A DNA stretch of 64,000 bases from Klebsormidium nitens (lineage: Eukaryota; Plantae; Klebsormidiophyceae): contig DF237150.1 of NCBI GenBank assembly GCA_000708835.1, forward strand, positions 61,528 to 125,527. The letters run 5' to 3'. The notes beneath the pieces were generated by a model. The model ran no database searches. It worked only from the letters and a program-made list of their open reading frames with translations, and was not told where the DNA came from. The stretch's first letter is position 1. Every line of letters starts with the position of its first letter. Positions 12,899 through 24,946 of this stretch are shown here, one piece after another. Position numbers and translations under genes: made by a program.

Positions 12899-13003
12899 TC
12901 CGGCGTAGTCTAGTCTGGTTAGGATACCTGGCTTTCAAGTCAGCGAGGCGAAGCCCTCGAACGAAATGCCCAGGCGACCCGGGTTCGAGTCCCGGCGTCG
13001 GAA
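12899..13003 (+). tRNA. tRNA-Glu(UUC) with 31-nt intron (12938-12968)
   Basis: Acceptor stem tccggcg/cgtcgga, anticodon stem cctgg/ccagg, loop ct-TTC-a[intron]c, T arm ccggg-ttcgagt-cccgg; AT-rich TATA-like tract and caa upstream, T6 downstream. Confidence 0.95.
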
Positions 13004-13009
13004 TTTTTT
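13004..13009 (+). terminator. Pol III oligo-T terminator of tRNA-Glu(UUC)
   Basis: tttttt immediately after the discriminator base. Confidence 0.85.
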
Positions 13010-13249
13010 CTGCTCCCTGTCATCCTTTTCGGTGGCGCTTTTTGGTGGGTGCTCCCTCTTTTTGCTGAGGTGGTGTGGCCGTGGCAGCTGGACCGTGGAC
13101 GCTCTCCCCCAATCTGCATTCGCTGTAGAGCAATAGATTGACTGCTACATCCTCTCGAGGCGATGCGCTTGTGACTCCGGCAATCAGCGGTGGCAGTGCA
13201 GGCAGATAATCCCAGTACAATTGTTCTGTGGCCTTTGACCATTTGCCTG

Positions 13250-16200
13250 ATGGCGGGTTTTGAGGAATTCGACTTTTCCTCACCCCTGGTAGATTTGCCC
13301 TCCGTTGAGATGGCTTTTGCCTATGGCTCCGGCGTCTTTCCACAGGGTGCGGAAAGCAGGGCAGGCAAAAAGGAGGAGGTGAGGTTTTATCTTTACCAGG
13401 TGCCGCTGCGCTCCTTGACAGCATTGGTTGTGTTATAAGAGATCTCACTAAACCACCCTTCTTACACGGTGCAAGTCTGCAAGAATGTCAAATTCTCAGC
13501 TTGTCATGGACTTCGTTGATTTGCTCTGCGTCAACTAAAGCGTCCCCAATCTAGCACTGTATGCTGATTGGTTCACTGTATGATTGTGACTTCTCTTCAA
13601 TCTCTTGTGCTCTGAATGCTGTTGTCTACCTGCTCAAACAACAATGAGAAAACAATATGTCCGCTCTTTCATTCTCAATTCAGAGGGTGGCGCCGCCGCT
13701 CCTGGCGCTCAAGAAGCCTCTAGCAGCTGATGGTCATAAGCAGACAGGTAGTTTGAACAATGAACACTGGCTGACTGTCGGCTGCTATGCGGGCCCCTTA
13801 ACCTTGTCAGTGTGCTTCAGAACAGAACACTATAAGAACGATTTTATTGCCTCTATTGCAGGCGCCGATGGTTGACTACATCCTAGCAGTCCAGAGTCCC
13901 CCCGATTGGCACGCCGCCAACATTCAGCAGAACCGGCACCACTACTCGGCGCTCTCCTACTTGGGGCCGCAGGCTGTGGACTGGGTTGCGGAGCGGATTG
14001 GGGTTGGTGTGCATTTCAACACGCTGGTGCCCTGGCGAGACAGAGTGAGCGCCACTTTCAAGAGATCGTTGTTCTTCTTTGATCCTGGTCTGTTCATTTG
14101 AACAATCCCAGCAGGACAGATAAGTTGTCCAGTGGTAAACTTGCAAGCTGGGTGCTTTCGACAAGCCTACAGTGAGAACAGTCCTTTAGGGCGGAAAGCG
14201 GCATTGAATCGCTCCGAATTCCTCCTGGATCCCTGCAGAGTAACACAGATCGTCTCTGATGCTGCCAACTTGAACTTCGGCACTCTGGCTGCGCCGCTCT
14301 GTTTCTCATCGAGAGAACTCGAACAAGGCGAAGGGGAAGATCTGCTAAAATGGAGAATACTGCAAGGCTGCACAAGATGTGGGCCAAGGTTGTCACTACT
14401 GCGGGTCAAGTTACGAGGTTTGCGTTCAGGATCTTGGTGCCAATGCGCGTACCCGCAAATAAATACCCGGTATATTCTACTGCAGCTAATCAAGTACGGG
14501 GTGATTGACGTGGCGCGCCTGACGCACGACCTGCAGACATGGGAGAGCTTGTACATCAGCGGCCGCATGCACAAACCCGTGAGCGAGCATCCTCTTTGAC
14601 TGAAGAAAAAATAATTTCTGCACTCAATCTGGATCCAATTGAATCTGTTTCGCACAGAGGATATGTATGCCTGGGCAAAGGATAGGTATGCTGCCGTGCC
14701 AACACGATTGGAAAAAGTCGTTTAATGATTCAACTTGTGCTTTTCTCTTCCCGTTATTGGCCTCTGTGTTCCCTATTTTCTGCGTCAGCCAGCGTACCTG
14801 GACAGCTTTAGTCTGTTCAAAGTTTCGTCATGCAACAGAGGTTTAACTTCTTTGTCGTTGGCGTCTTCTGAAGCTTTCTGAATTGTGGTTGTGGTGCAAC
14901 CGCAGATCACCCAATCTGTCCCTGAGACTCACTGCAGCTGTATGCAGGTCAGGATGCTTATTGACCACTCCCCGGTTAACGCCGCTAACCAAGTCAACCT
15001 GCGGGCAGCACTTGCGACAGCCCTACTGCTTCTCCCACCCACCTTCACAGACGTGAGCAGATTCAATCTTATAAACTACTGGCAGAGTGTCGTAGATTCA
15101 GGAGTTTGGACTCTGGATGGATCTGGCCAGAAAGGAAAGACGGCTTGCCCCACAATTGCTTTGATCGAAGTTCTGAGATTGAAATACGGTGTAAGGTGTC
15201 TTTTGGTTGCTGCTCGGCGGTTGCTCCTGCTTTATGGCACGATTTGCTGAACGTCTAAAACGAATTCCTTGGATATGGCGCGCTTGGCAGTTGAGTCCTC
15301 TGAGTTCGTGACCCCTCGAAGGGTCAAATCCTGCACAGAGTCTTTGCAGAAGGAACAATGGGCGAACAATTCACGAGCTTCGTGACACAATGGTCCAAAT
15401 GTTTGTCAGCAGCAATGTTCATAAGCTGTTCTATGTTTGTCCTGAGCGGCTGATATCCCGTTTCATACTCGGCTTGTCAGCTTCATTGTCCACTCGGTTA
15501 GGAAATCAGCAACGGCCGCTGTTTCCGATGTCAATCCGCCTTGGTAGACATCTTGGCATACACTGCACATTTCTTCGAGCACGTCTTTTCGAGTCTGTCT
15601 GCATCAGTCCGGGAATGTGACACCACCACTATCCACATGAGAATGTTCTTCTGAGTCATTGGCCTGTCCTGCACTGGCGAAATGTGCGCCCCTTTGAGGC
15701 GATTTGGCCAAACCGTAGCTTGGTCTTGTTGATACTTCTTCTCCTAAGCACATTCTCAACAGCAACCAATAAGAGGGCGTCAGCAAAAGTTCTCCTGGTA
15801 TTATTCAACGGCGACCGCTTCACTGAACTTTGCAGACTATCCGTCGCTTCGGAGTTTGCTGGCTTGACATCCGGCCCTTGACATTTGCGATCACCTCCCC
15901 AAATTTAGCTCAGATCGGCCTACCGCTAAGATTGTCTGTCCGGCATTCCCCGCAACTGTACGCCCCTTCTAACAGCCTTTCTCTTGTGCAGGAGGAGCTG
16001 TATACGTCCATCTGCGGCCTGTCCTACACGGGCGACGTGCGCATGCGCTTCGCTGAAGACCGCGGCAAGGTGCGCAAGATCGTGCTCGGGAGCCTCCCCC
16101 GGTTCGTCGACCTGTACGAGGAGCCCGTGCGGCGGCTGCAGCTGGCGAGCGTCCCGGTAGACTCCCCCGGGGGAGCAGCGGACGGCCTTTGGCGCCAGGT

Positions 16201-17607
16201 AAAGCGCACCCAAGCCTTTGTTTTTTCCTGAACAGGTTATCTTCATAAGGTGCTTGACGTTAGTCTTTCTGTATCCCAGTACTCTATCGGGCTCCTATTA
16301 CTGGTCCCCTGTCTCGCCATCTGAAGGCCGAGGCAGATTTAGTTGGTGTTGTTGAGAAGTGCATTCTCGTATGCGGAAAGCAGCCCTTGCTTGTGGGTCC
16401 GCTTAAGCTCGGATTGTGCGCGTTGTCTTTCCAAGTGCTGTTGCGGTTTGCCGCACTCAAAATTCGTGATCGCGAGGCTCTGGAACAAGTTCTCATTTGT
16501 CGACGCTGACTTGTCCTGAAGGCTTGTCAAACACGTTTCGGATGAGAGCATGCCGTCTGATCCCTCGCTCATGGCTTTCTCAAGAGGTCGATTCTTGTTT
16601 GACCCACTTTTGAAAGTTTATTTAGGATCTGGAGCAGTGAGCAGTTTAGTCAAGTGCGCAGAAAAGCTCTTTGTCTTTGCATGTCGTGTGTAGTCATTCG
16701 AAGCGCAGGACTTTGATACGGGCTTAAAGTCTCTGGTGCGAACGAATGTTTCCTTTGAAGTCCTTTCCAATAGGTATATGGTAGTCAGAAGTCGTTCGGC
16801 CTATCAGACATGAAGTTTGCGGTTCAGGTCGGTCTTTTTGAGAAACTATTTCAAGGGTCGTGCTTACGTTCGCCTTCGAGTGACAGCATCCCCCCATAAC
16901 GGAGACCTAAGAAAGGGTCATGCGCGCTGCCTTTCACCAACGGTTCGGCCGGTTTTCCTAACGTTTAAGACGTTAAGTCAAGTAGAAGCGGGTGCGCCGG
17001 CACAGTCTTTTGGAGTGAGCGAGTGTCAGGAAAACTACAGACAATCAACACTTCTTATCAGTCGCTGCCTCTCTGTGCCGCTGTTGACGCCGTCAAGCTT
17101 TCACACAATCGGCGAATCTGCTTCTGATGGCGGTCACCCTGTGTTGGAACGTCGCCCGTCTTGCTGGGGACGACGTCTCTTCTTACAGTCTTTGGCTCGG
17201 ATTCTTACCCTTCTTACAGTGTCTGATCGGATCCTGACCCTTCTTACAGTATCTGATCGGATCCTGACCCTGGCTCTTCTGCATTTCAGGACGACAGCCC
17301 AACCGGCCGAGCCTCCCTCTTTCACCACCTTCCTTTCACACTCCTCGAAAGCATTGCCGTGGCAGCCGGACACGTTTTCCCGGCCGGCACCCGGTTCCAC
17401 CCCGGAGAGTTGTCCGCTATTCTCGGTCAAACGCTCGAGTCGACGAGCATACAGAGACAAAACGGGTTCATCACAAGCGCAATAGCGAGCATAGTGCAGC
17501 ACTCGAGTCGGCGCCAAGCGGTTGCCGGCTTTCTCTCTGCTGGGTTGCTCAAGTCCGCGAAGTATTTTGGACGCAAGCTGTTGAAAGCACGAGGAGGTCG
17601 GACTTGA
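13250..17607 (+). CDS. TAM41: Mitochondrial phosphatidate cytidylyltransferase Tam41 (6 exons)
   Basis: Exons 13250-13378, 13862-14044, 14486-14578, 14948-15052, 15992-16198, 17290-17607, all phase 0. Motifs AFAYGSGVF, MVDYILAV, GVGVHFN, IKYGVI, LYISGRMHKPV, GLSYTGDVRM..AEDRGKV, SSRRQAVAGFLSAG. Confidence 0.92.
17177..17271 (+). repeat. ~30-bp tandem repeat (about 3 copies) just upstream of the last TAM41 acceptor
   Basis: cggat(t/c)ct(t/g)acccttcttacagt(g/a)tctgat repeated; each copy contains cttcttacag. Confidence 0.85.
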
Positions 17608-18345
17608 AAGCTTTTGTGTCTATTTCCGCCAGATCTGGCCCGGCCAACGGATGAAATAGTTTGCTTTACATGCCTTCCTGATAATTGATCTTAATCAGCC
17701 ACGCGCAGGCTCAGGCATGCACGTCCGAGTCGCTCCTTCTTAAGCACGTGGATCAATAAGCTGACGGCCTCGATTCTATATGCTTTTTGATTGAACTTGG
17801 CACACTGAGTGATATTGAGTTGACAGAGTGCATGGACGCATTTGATGGGTCTGGTACGGTCACATAGGACAGCACTTGTGGGTGCGCATTCATGCCTTAT
17901 ACCATCGGTCCGACATATGTGTGTCACATATGGTATGTGAATTCATGCATGGCTGGCCATGCACGTCAAGCTTACTGTGTTTCCGTACTTCAGCCGTATA
18001 GGATCATTAATCTTGCTTAACCGATCGAACGGATACATAACGGCATAGGTCCATGCGGGCATCAGTACGCAGGGGCCTAGCTGGCCGTTTACGAACTTCA
18101 GAAAGCCTAGAGCTCCTCGACAACATGTTTGTGAACGAGCTATCGAATGGTTAGCTAGTGTTCTGGGTTTCTATGCAGCTATCAAATCCGCGTAGTCTGC
18201 AAGCTCAGTCCTTCCAACTACTTTTGCATGATGTTCGAGAGTGTTTGATTTCGAGCTTGGAATGTGCTTTGCCCTCTCAGAATTGCACAATTGGAGGTCA
18301 AGCTGAAGATCTGCTGGGCCTCCAGTATCCCGGCCAGGCTCCGTG

Positions 18346-18383
18346 ACACGTGTCGAACTTCGACTGGCCGAACCAAGGGCACG
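18346..18383 (+). promoter_or_regulatory. Conserved promoter module of copy 3 (G-box/ABRE-like)
   Basis: acacgtgtcgaacttcgactggccgaaccaagggcacg, ~330 bp upstream of ATG 18674. Confidence 0.7.
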
Positions 18384-18673
18384 CGGTCGCACTCAGCGAT
18401 ATGATTACGTCGAAGCGTTAGCGTATCTAGGGGCGGTGTTTTCGAGAATTGCTACATATGCTGCGGCTTTTTTGGGGAAGAGGCAATGCGCCGACGAGTT
18501 TTGGAGCAGCTGAGCAGGACGACTGCGAAATGCCACTGCCAGGAGCGGACAAGAAGGATCTCCGAGAGATCACTGCTCAAGAGAAACTCACTTGGAGAAG
18601 AAACTGATAAGGTTCCTGTGGAGCACGAAGCTTGTAAGCCTGTCAACTGTCTGCCAGTCGAGGCGCTGATCAC

Positions 18674-21600
18674 ATGATGGCGCGCTCAATGGTGCGGAGG
18701 CTGGCCCTTCTGGCGCTCTGCCTGCTGGCAGACCATGTCGTGGCAAGCCTTCTTGGCGCCGAAGCTTGGCCCGCCCCAGTGCTGTTCACTTATAAAGCGC
18801 TCCGCATGCTAGACCTGCAAGTCCACCAGAACATTCTGTACCTTGTGTACGTGTACCTGCACGTAAGGCTGGGAGCTCTGTTGATAGTTGACAAGCCGTA
18901 TCTCTTTCTCGCTCCATGGTGGCAGCATACTGCCTCTCTCCTTTTATTTTTCTTCCTCCCCTTATTCAGCAGCTTCAATGAAAACGTTTGGCGCGTAGCG
19001 GTGATGGCAGCGGGGATCGTGTACATTAGGAGCTATAGCAATCGCACCCGCTTTTTGACCACCTGGTTGGGTTTAATAGGCTACCAACAGATAGGTCCTC
19101 TTGACCCTGCTCTCCTTGGCACCCTCCTACTGCACTTGTGTGTCTACCACCTCAGGAAAACGGAGCCAGTCTTGATGCTTCTTGCAATCTATGTCGGGGT
19201 CTCTTGGCTCGTCCATCTTTTCGCCAAGGGTTTCTTCAGCACAGGCACCGAATGGGGAGACAGGTAGGAAACATCTGCAATGCATTGACACAGGAAGATA
19301 TAGTGCCCCTTTCTAGGATGTTGAGGTGAAGGAAAATGTCTTTCAGCAGGTTTCGGGGTCTTGACAGGACATGTATGTCTATGCAGACTAGGCCGCCATT
19401 CTCAAGGCTACGATGAGGTCTCGTCTTCCAACTTGTACTTGTCCATCTAGAATGAGTTCAGCCAGAAGATGAGGCAGAAGTCAGAAATTGGATAAAGATA
19501 CAAATGCCCCTTCCTTGAGATTTGGGCCACTTTGAAGCTTCATGGCTTCTAGAAGCTCGAAGAAAACATTTCTTTGAAATGCAATACCGTGTGCTGAACA
19601 AGCATCCAGTCTACTTCGTTCCTCCCCACTTACTTTGATGCTCGCTGTCTGACAAAGGCACCAAACGTTAACCATGAGAACAAGCTGCGGGTGAAGTAGC
19701 AGTAGCCGATATGTAAGGGTCTAATCTGCAGCAGTCAGCTAACCATAAGAATTTTAACGGTCCTTTTGGACCTCCTTGTAGAGACCACCATCATTGGGTC
19801 TCTAATTGGATCTGATCAAAACGCCGAAAAGGCAATCCTCGTTTTGCAGAGGTTCTGTGCGTGCACTAAGAGGACGGGTTTCAAACAAGACGAAATGAAC
19901 TTGACTCACACTTTGAGTCACCGATCTTGCAGGCTACTCAAGCATCATGCTGACACAATCTGGAGCACGGTAACATATTTCCGGTTGTTTTTCGATACGG
20001 CATACGCGCTTATGGGCATCTTTTGCGGTTGGCCTAGCACCCGCACCTGGATTGCAAAGAGAGTGGAGCAAGAGACCCGGAAAGCCGCTGCATATCAACT
20101 GGACTGGTGAGGAAAGTCCTAATCACTCTGTAACGGTACCGAGTGACTTTCCGTCTATCAACGCTACTGTAATGGTTGAGTGCTTGAGAGTTGACCTTCC
20201 CATGCTACAGTTGTTCAAAGTTGCTCCGGAAAACGTATCCTTGATCGACCTTGATTAGGACCGAAGCTCTCTAGAACCGGACCCCTCTTTTATGAGCAGC
20301 GTGTTATGACCAGTGCGCTTGCATTTGGTAACTCTCAAATGCTATCTCTAGTTCTCGTGTCCTGGACGGATGTTGTCGCAGTTGTGTACGCATCGACGCT
20401 GAAATGCAGACGGGTACACCCCCAGTCATATGAGGGTCAAGGAGCACAACCTTAAATATCTTATGTACCTGGAGATAAAGTAAGGTTCTCAGCCTACCTC
20501 TGCAAGAGCTTGTAGAAAGACACGTCAGGAGAATAACACACGAAAAGTTCCGATTGACTTTAGAAGAAAGAGTCGAATAACAAGCAGTGTTCGAGCGTCC
20601 AATTGTTCGTCCAAAGTTTTTGGACGCTTCATAACCTCTTATGTCTTGTTGCGTCCAGCTACATTCGCGCCGACAAGACCAGGCAGCCCCCTTACTTCGA
20701 CCAGAACACCAAAGACACCCTAGACTTGGAGGTTCTTTGCGCTCGATGCATCCCTCTCGAATCCGAAAAGCGCACCGTCAGAGAATTCTTGATCTCCGCC
20801 GCTTCCCGGGGTGCATTCATCAGTGGTACCCGCACGTTCATTGACAGCGAGACGGCACGAGAGTTGTTGGCGCATCTGAGCTTTGTCGAGAGGCAAGATG
20901 GAGATTCGGCGGGGCGCTCTAATCTCGCGCAAGAGTTCCTACGAATATGTCGGCATACGGTTGCAGAGCTACAGGTGCACGATTTGGAGGTGGGTCTTGG
21001 AGGCCTGGCGAATCTAGTGGGAGGGGACCCAGGTACGTCTTGCGAAGTCGAAAATGTCACTATGAAGCTCCAAATTTTCGATCTGTCCATTCAAACATAT
21101 GCAAGAATGAGGTCTGGGGCTTGCTTACTCGAAGCTGCATTCTCTACGTGGACACGTTCTCGTGCTAGTATTTAGGATGTGCTCGTCGTCTTTAGGATTG
21201 ATAGCTCACGGCCAACATTAAGAAATATATCTTCGAGAATGACCTACGAAGTCACGTCATGCGACCCTATTGCGCGGCTGCGTTTTCGGGCGACCGAGAT
21301 GGATCTGGAAACGGTTTCGCTTCACATTAACATTTGTTTCCGCTCACAGCGTTTCACTTTCAGAAGGCAAGGCAAAATCATAGACGGTTTCTGGGTACTC
21401 TTTGCAGTCACGGGATCCCTCTTGCGGAACGAGCGCCTGTTCTCCATCCTCGGCGGTGTCATAGACCCTTCGGCCGTTCTTGCGACCAGCTTCGTCAAGA
21501 AGGCTGCAAAGGAAATGCAATACATCGAGGAACATTTTGAACGGAGTGACCCCGGTTATGCAGAAGGGGACCTTCCCAAGAAACGCAGAGAAGTCAGGGG

Positions 21601-23748
21601 GCCAACAAACTCGGGGACCCAACAGAACTCCCAGAACAGAGCCCCCCCGCACTGACATGCCCCCGGAGTTCCAGAGGATTTTGACCGACACCTTCCTACG
21701 TGATATCTCGATCCAATTCGAATGGCTTTTCATGTGGTACGCAGTCCGCAAGCACCCCGGTGCCTTTGACTCGCCGGGAGTCGCGGCCGCGTCGCACCGC
21801 GACGCGAGGTTTTGGCTCGGGGTTTGGTACCGGTCGCTTACAGCGGCGCTGCGCCTCATCAGCAGTCTGAGCATGGAAGTTTCTAACCATGCGTGGTTGT
21901 TAGAGCAAGGCGCGCTGCAAGCCGTGAAGCAGATCCTGCTGTTTCTGCCGGCGGACAGGATGCGGAGCGGGCACCAAGAGGCGGCGCTGTTCATCTACCG
22001 CCTCTTCGAGAACGACAGGTAAGAATCTACCGGTTGCCTCACCCAAATATAGACAACAGATTGAGTAATTTCGGTGTTGATTTGCCGGACATGTAAGGCA
22101 GGTCAGGGGTAAATAATCTGCAAAACTACTCAGCTAGTCTTCCCGTCGTTCGTTATGGAGTCTCGAACCCTCCTGCTTTTGACCGAAAGATTTGAGCGGA
22201 CGTTCGTACATTGATTTCAATCAACTTTTACTGGCAGTCTATCGCGTCTGAGACGGTGCGTTCCGCGGAACATATTCCTGCAGAACATTGCTCGCGAGAC
22301 GCCTCGTTGCTCGAACACGTGCGATTCGTTTGGTTGATTTGAAAGTTCCAGACGGGTTCCAGATCAGTCTCGAAGCTCAAGAAGGAGCGCCCCAGAGCAC
22401 AGAAAATCAGAGGATCGAACTAATCCGACGCACTTCGCTTCCACAGAGTGCACAGAAGCATCAGCCAGTCTCCGGTTTTGACGGGCCTCTCTCGCGAGAT
22501 CGTGGCCCAGCTTGTCTCCATTGACGGCGACCTTTTCGGCGAGGGCTGGGGCGAACGGATAGGAATACCGCTGTACAGACAGCTCTTCTTAACTGCGGAA
22601 GGTGAGAATCATATCCAAGTATAAAGCAGGAGACAAAGCTTATGTCTTCACCGGAAAAGCTTGTTTAAAAGCTGGTGCATTAATGAGACTGAAATGCTTC
22701 TGTAGATGTCACAGACGAACGGAATGAACGTGCTGTACGTGCTGTGTTCGACAGCTCCAAAGTGGACCACCTCAAGTGCTCATTAACGCGTGTCCTGTGA
22801 TCAAACACGCATTGGGGCTTCGAACATGATACAAGTAAAGCCAGCGTCTTAGTTCACCCTTCTGTACCTCGCGATTTTCCCCGCAGCCTCTCTCCCAAAG
22901 TCAGACGGACAAGGCTCGTAGATTCTTGAGACATTGAAACGGCCCCTTCAACTGAGCGAACTCCAAAGGCCGTCCTTCCGGGAGTGCTCACTCACCTATT
23001 GCTCCTTTTCTCATCAGAGACGGACGTTCAATCTAGATCTGGCGTGAGATCTAATCAGGACGGGAGTGCAGGCTCGCCTTCCTCGCCGGACAGCACACCG
23101 CCGGAGGGGGAAGCTCGGCAGAGGAGAAGCAGAAGGACAAAGGTAGACAAACTCCTTCGCGGCGGGCTTACACGGTGTTTTCTTCCGGGAATTATGACAA
23201 CACGGTTCTCGCCTCATTTACCGTAAAATGTACTTTCTGAAGGTTCTCACTGTGCACAGTAACGGAGCAGACCAGAATACGACAGCTTGACATCCTGTTT
23301 ACACGGTCTTATAAGGACGCGATAACGCGAGCGCCTTTTCAATGGCCTCAAGCTGGTTGTGGTTAGACAACAAACGCGAAGAGAGGGTCCGCTTGGTCTA
23401 GATGCTTTGCAAAAAGTTGATTTCTCTTTTCGAGGTCAAAAGCTAAAGGGGAAGAAATGAGCCTCTCAAACTGGAGCAGACCTTCCCAGTTTCGCTTTAG
23501 AAACTCTTTTGATTGGACCCCAACCTTGTCTGGCCATCTCTCAATGACTGCAACCGACAGCTCTGAAGTGCTCTTCGATAACTTCAACACCCTTTTATGT
23601 GCAGACGTGTTCACGAGACGGTCGTAACGTGGAAGGCCAGACCGGAACGAGGTTGAAGAAATGCGCCGGCTGTAGGCAAGCCCGTTACTGTTCTAAAGAG
23701 TGCCAGAAAGCGGACTTCCCTTCGCATAAAAGTTTTTGCAAGACTTGA
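18674..23748 (+). pseudogene. Copy 3 of membrane/MYND family; frameshift in exon 4 at a C7 run (possibly an assembly error)
   Basis: Exons 18674-19263, 19933-20106, 20659-21032, 21408-22018, 22447-22601, 23018-23142, 23605-23748. Exon 4 is 611 nt versus 664/616/622 in the paralogues (all 1 mod 3). Second MYND Cys reads Arg (TCSRDGRNV). Confidence 0.75.
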
Positions 23749-24710
23749 GCACGCCCTGTATAAGTGTGACGCACCTTCTGCAGACTCGTCCAATCGAGAT
23801 TATTAAAGAGGTGCTCTGAAAACCAGAAACCCTAGACAAAAGGCATTCTAATCAAGCTAAGGCCACACCCATTCTCTTCAGACGTTGCCAGTGAGTACTA
23901 GTTGCACCAGATGTCTGTTTGGTTTTACAAATTCAGTCGCAAAGGCAAGTTGCGTTCGCCAGATGTTTGTTCGACGCCCCGTCCGCTCTACTTTTATGGA
24001 GGGGACCGCGGAACATTGAAAGACACTGGACGAGTTGCTGATGAGGAACTCGTACGCGTTCTAGCTGCCCGCTCGAAACCTCTGGCACACCTGACACATA
24101 TAGTTCGTATCACCAAACGCTACTGGCAGCATTCCACGAATTATGATTCCGAGCACGCAATACTCTGTTGAAGTGGCAGACATGGCTACGCTGAAGCAAG
24201 AAAGGCTAGCTGCAAGCGCGGTGATAGAGACCTTCCAATTTTGTGCCGCCTGACATTATGGTTGCGGAATGAAAAGCAAGAGGCGGCCCGGCCTTCGTCT
24301 CTGGCCTCTTCGATCAATCAACAACTCGCGATCCAAAGTCATGATAATAACCATGTTTACTTATTTCACCCTACCGTGCAATAGGAGTCGGAAAGCCAGT
24401 ATCAGTTAGCAGACGTGTCCACGTTATCTGGAGGCCGGGTCATACATGTGTGGCCCCAGTTTGTCAGTTCGTTCGTCCCCGCAGCTGATGGTGCTGATTG
24501 GTCTGAGATTTTTGTTTATGCATGGATGTTATCAAACCCTTCTTCCAGTAGGCTAGCGCTTCCTTCGCGCAATTCTTAATTGTTTTCTCAACTGATTGTC
24601 TGTTCTGCTTAACACATTATAACGCCTCCTCGAGACCGTAAAATTGGAATGTCATTGAAACTTTGGCCAAATTTGGGCCTTCGAAGCTCGAGGTTCTGCC
24701 GTTATCCGGG

Positions 24711-24744
24711 ACACGTGTCGAAATTTAGCCAAACCAAGCGCACG
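24711..24744 (+). promoter_or_regulatory. Conserved promoter module of copy 4 (G-box/ABRE-like)
   Basis: acacgtgtcgaaatttagccaaaccaagcgcacg, ~235 bp upstream of ATG 24947. Confidence 0.7.
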
Positions 24745-24946
24745 GAGTCGCAATGACAATCGTTTCTCCGAGGCGTCAGATCGACTCACCTGCCTAAAGC
24801 CTGGAAGATGAAAGAAGCGGTGGTCTGGAGTCGGAGCGTTTTGAGCAGCTGAATGCTTTCGCCTTCGAGAAGCGAGGGTGCGCAAGGCTGATTAGATGAG
24901 GAAATTGTACCAGACTGACTTGCAAACAGCAGGCGCTGCTGATCAA

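Noticed and set aside
16817-17517. 222-aa plus-strand and 127-aa minus-strand ORFs
   Set aside because: By-products of the 30-bp repeat and alternative frames of the last TAM41 exon.
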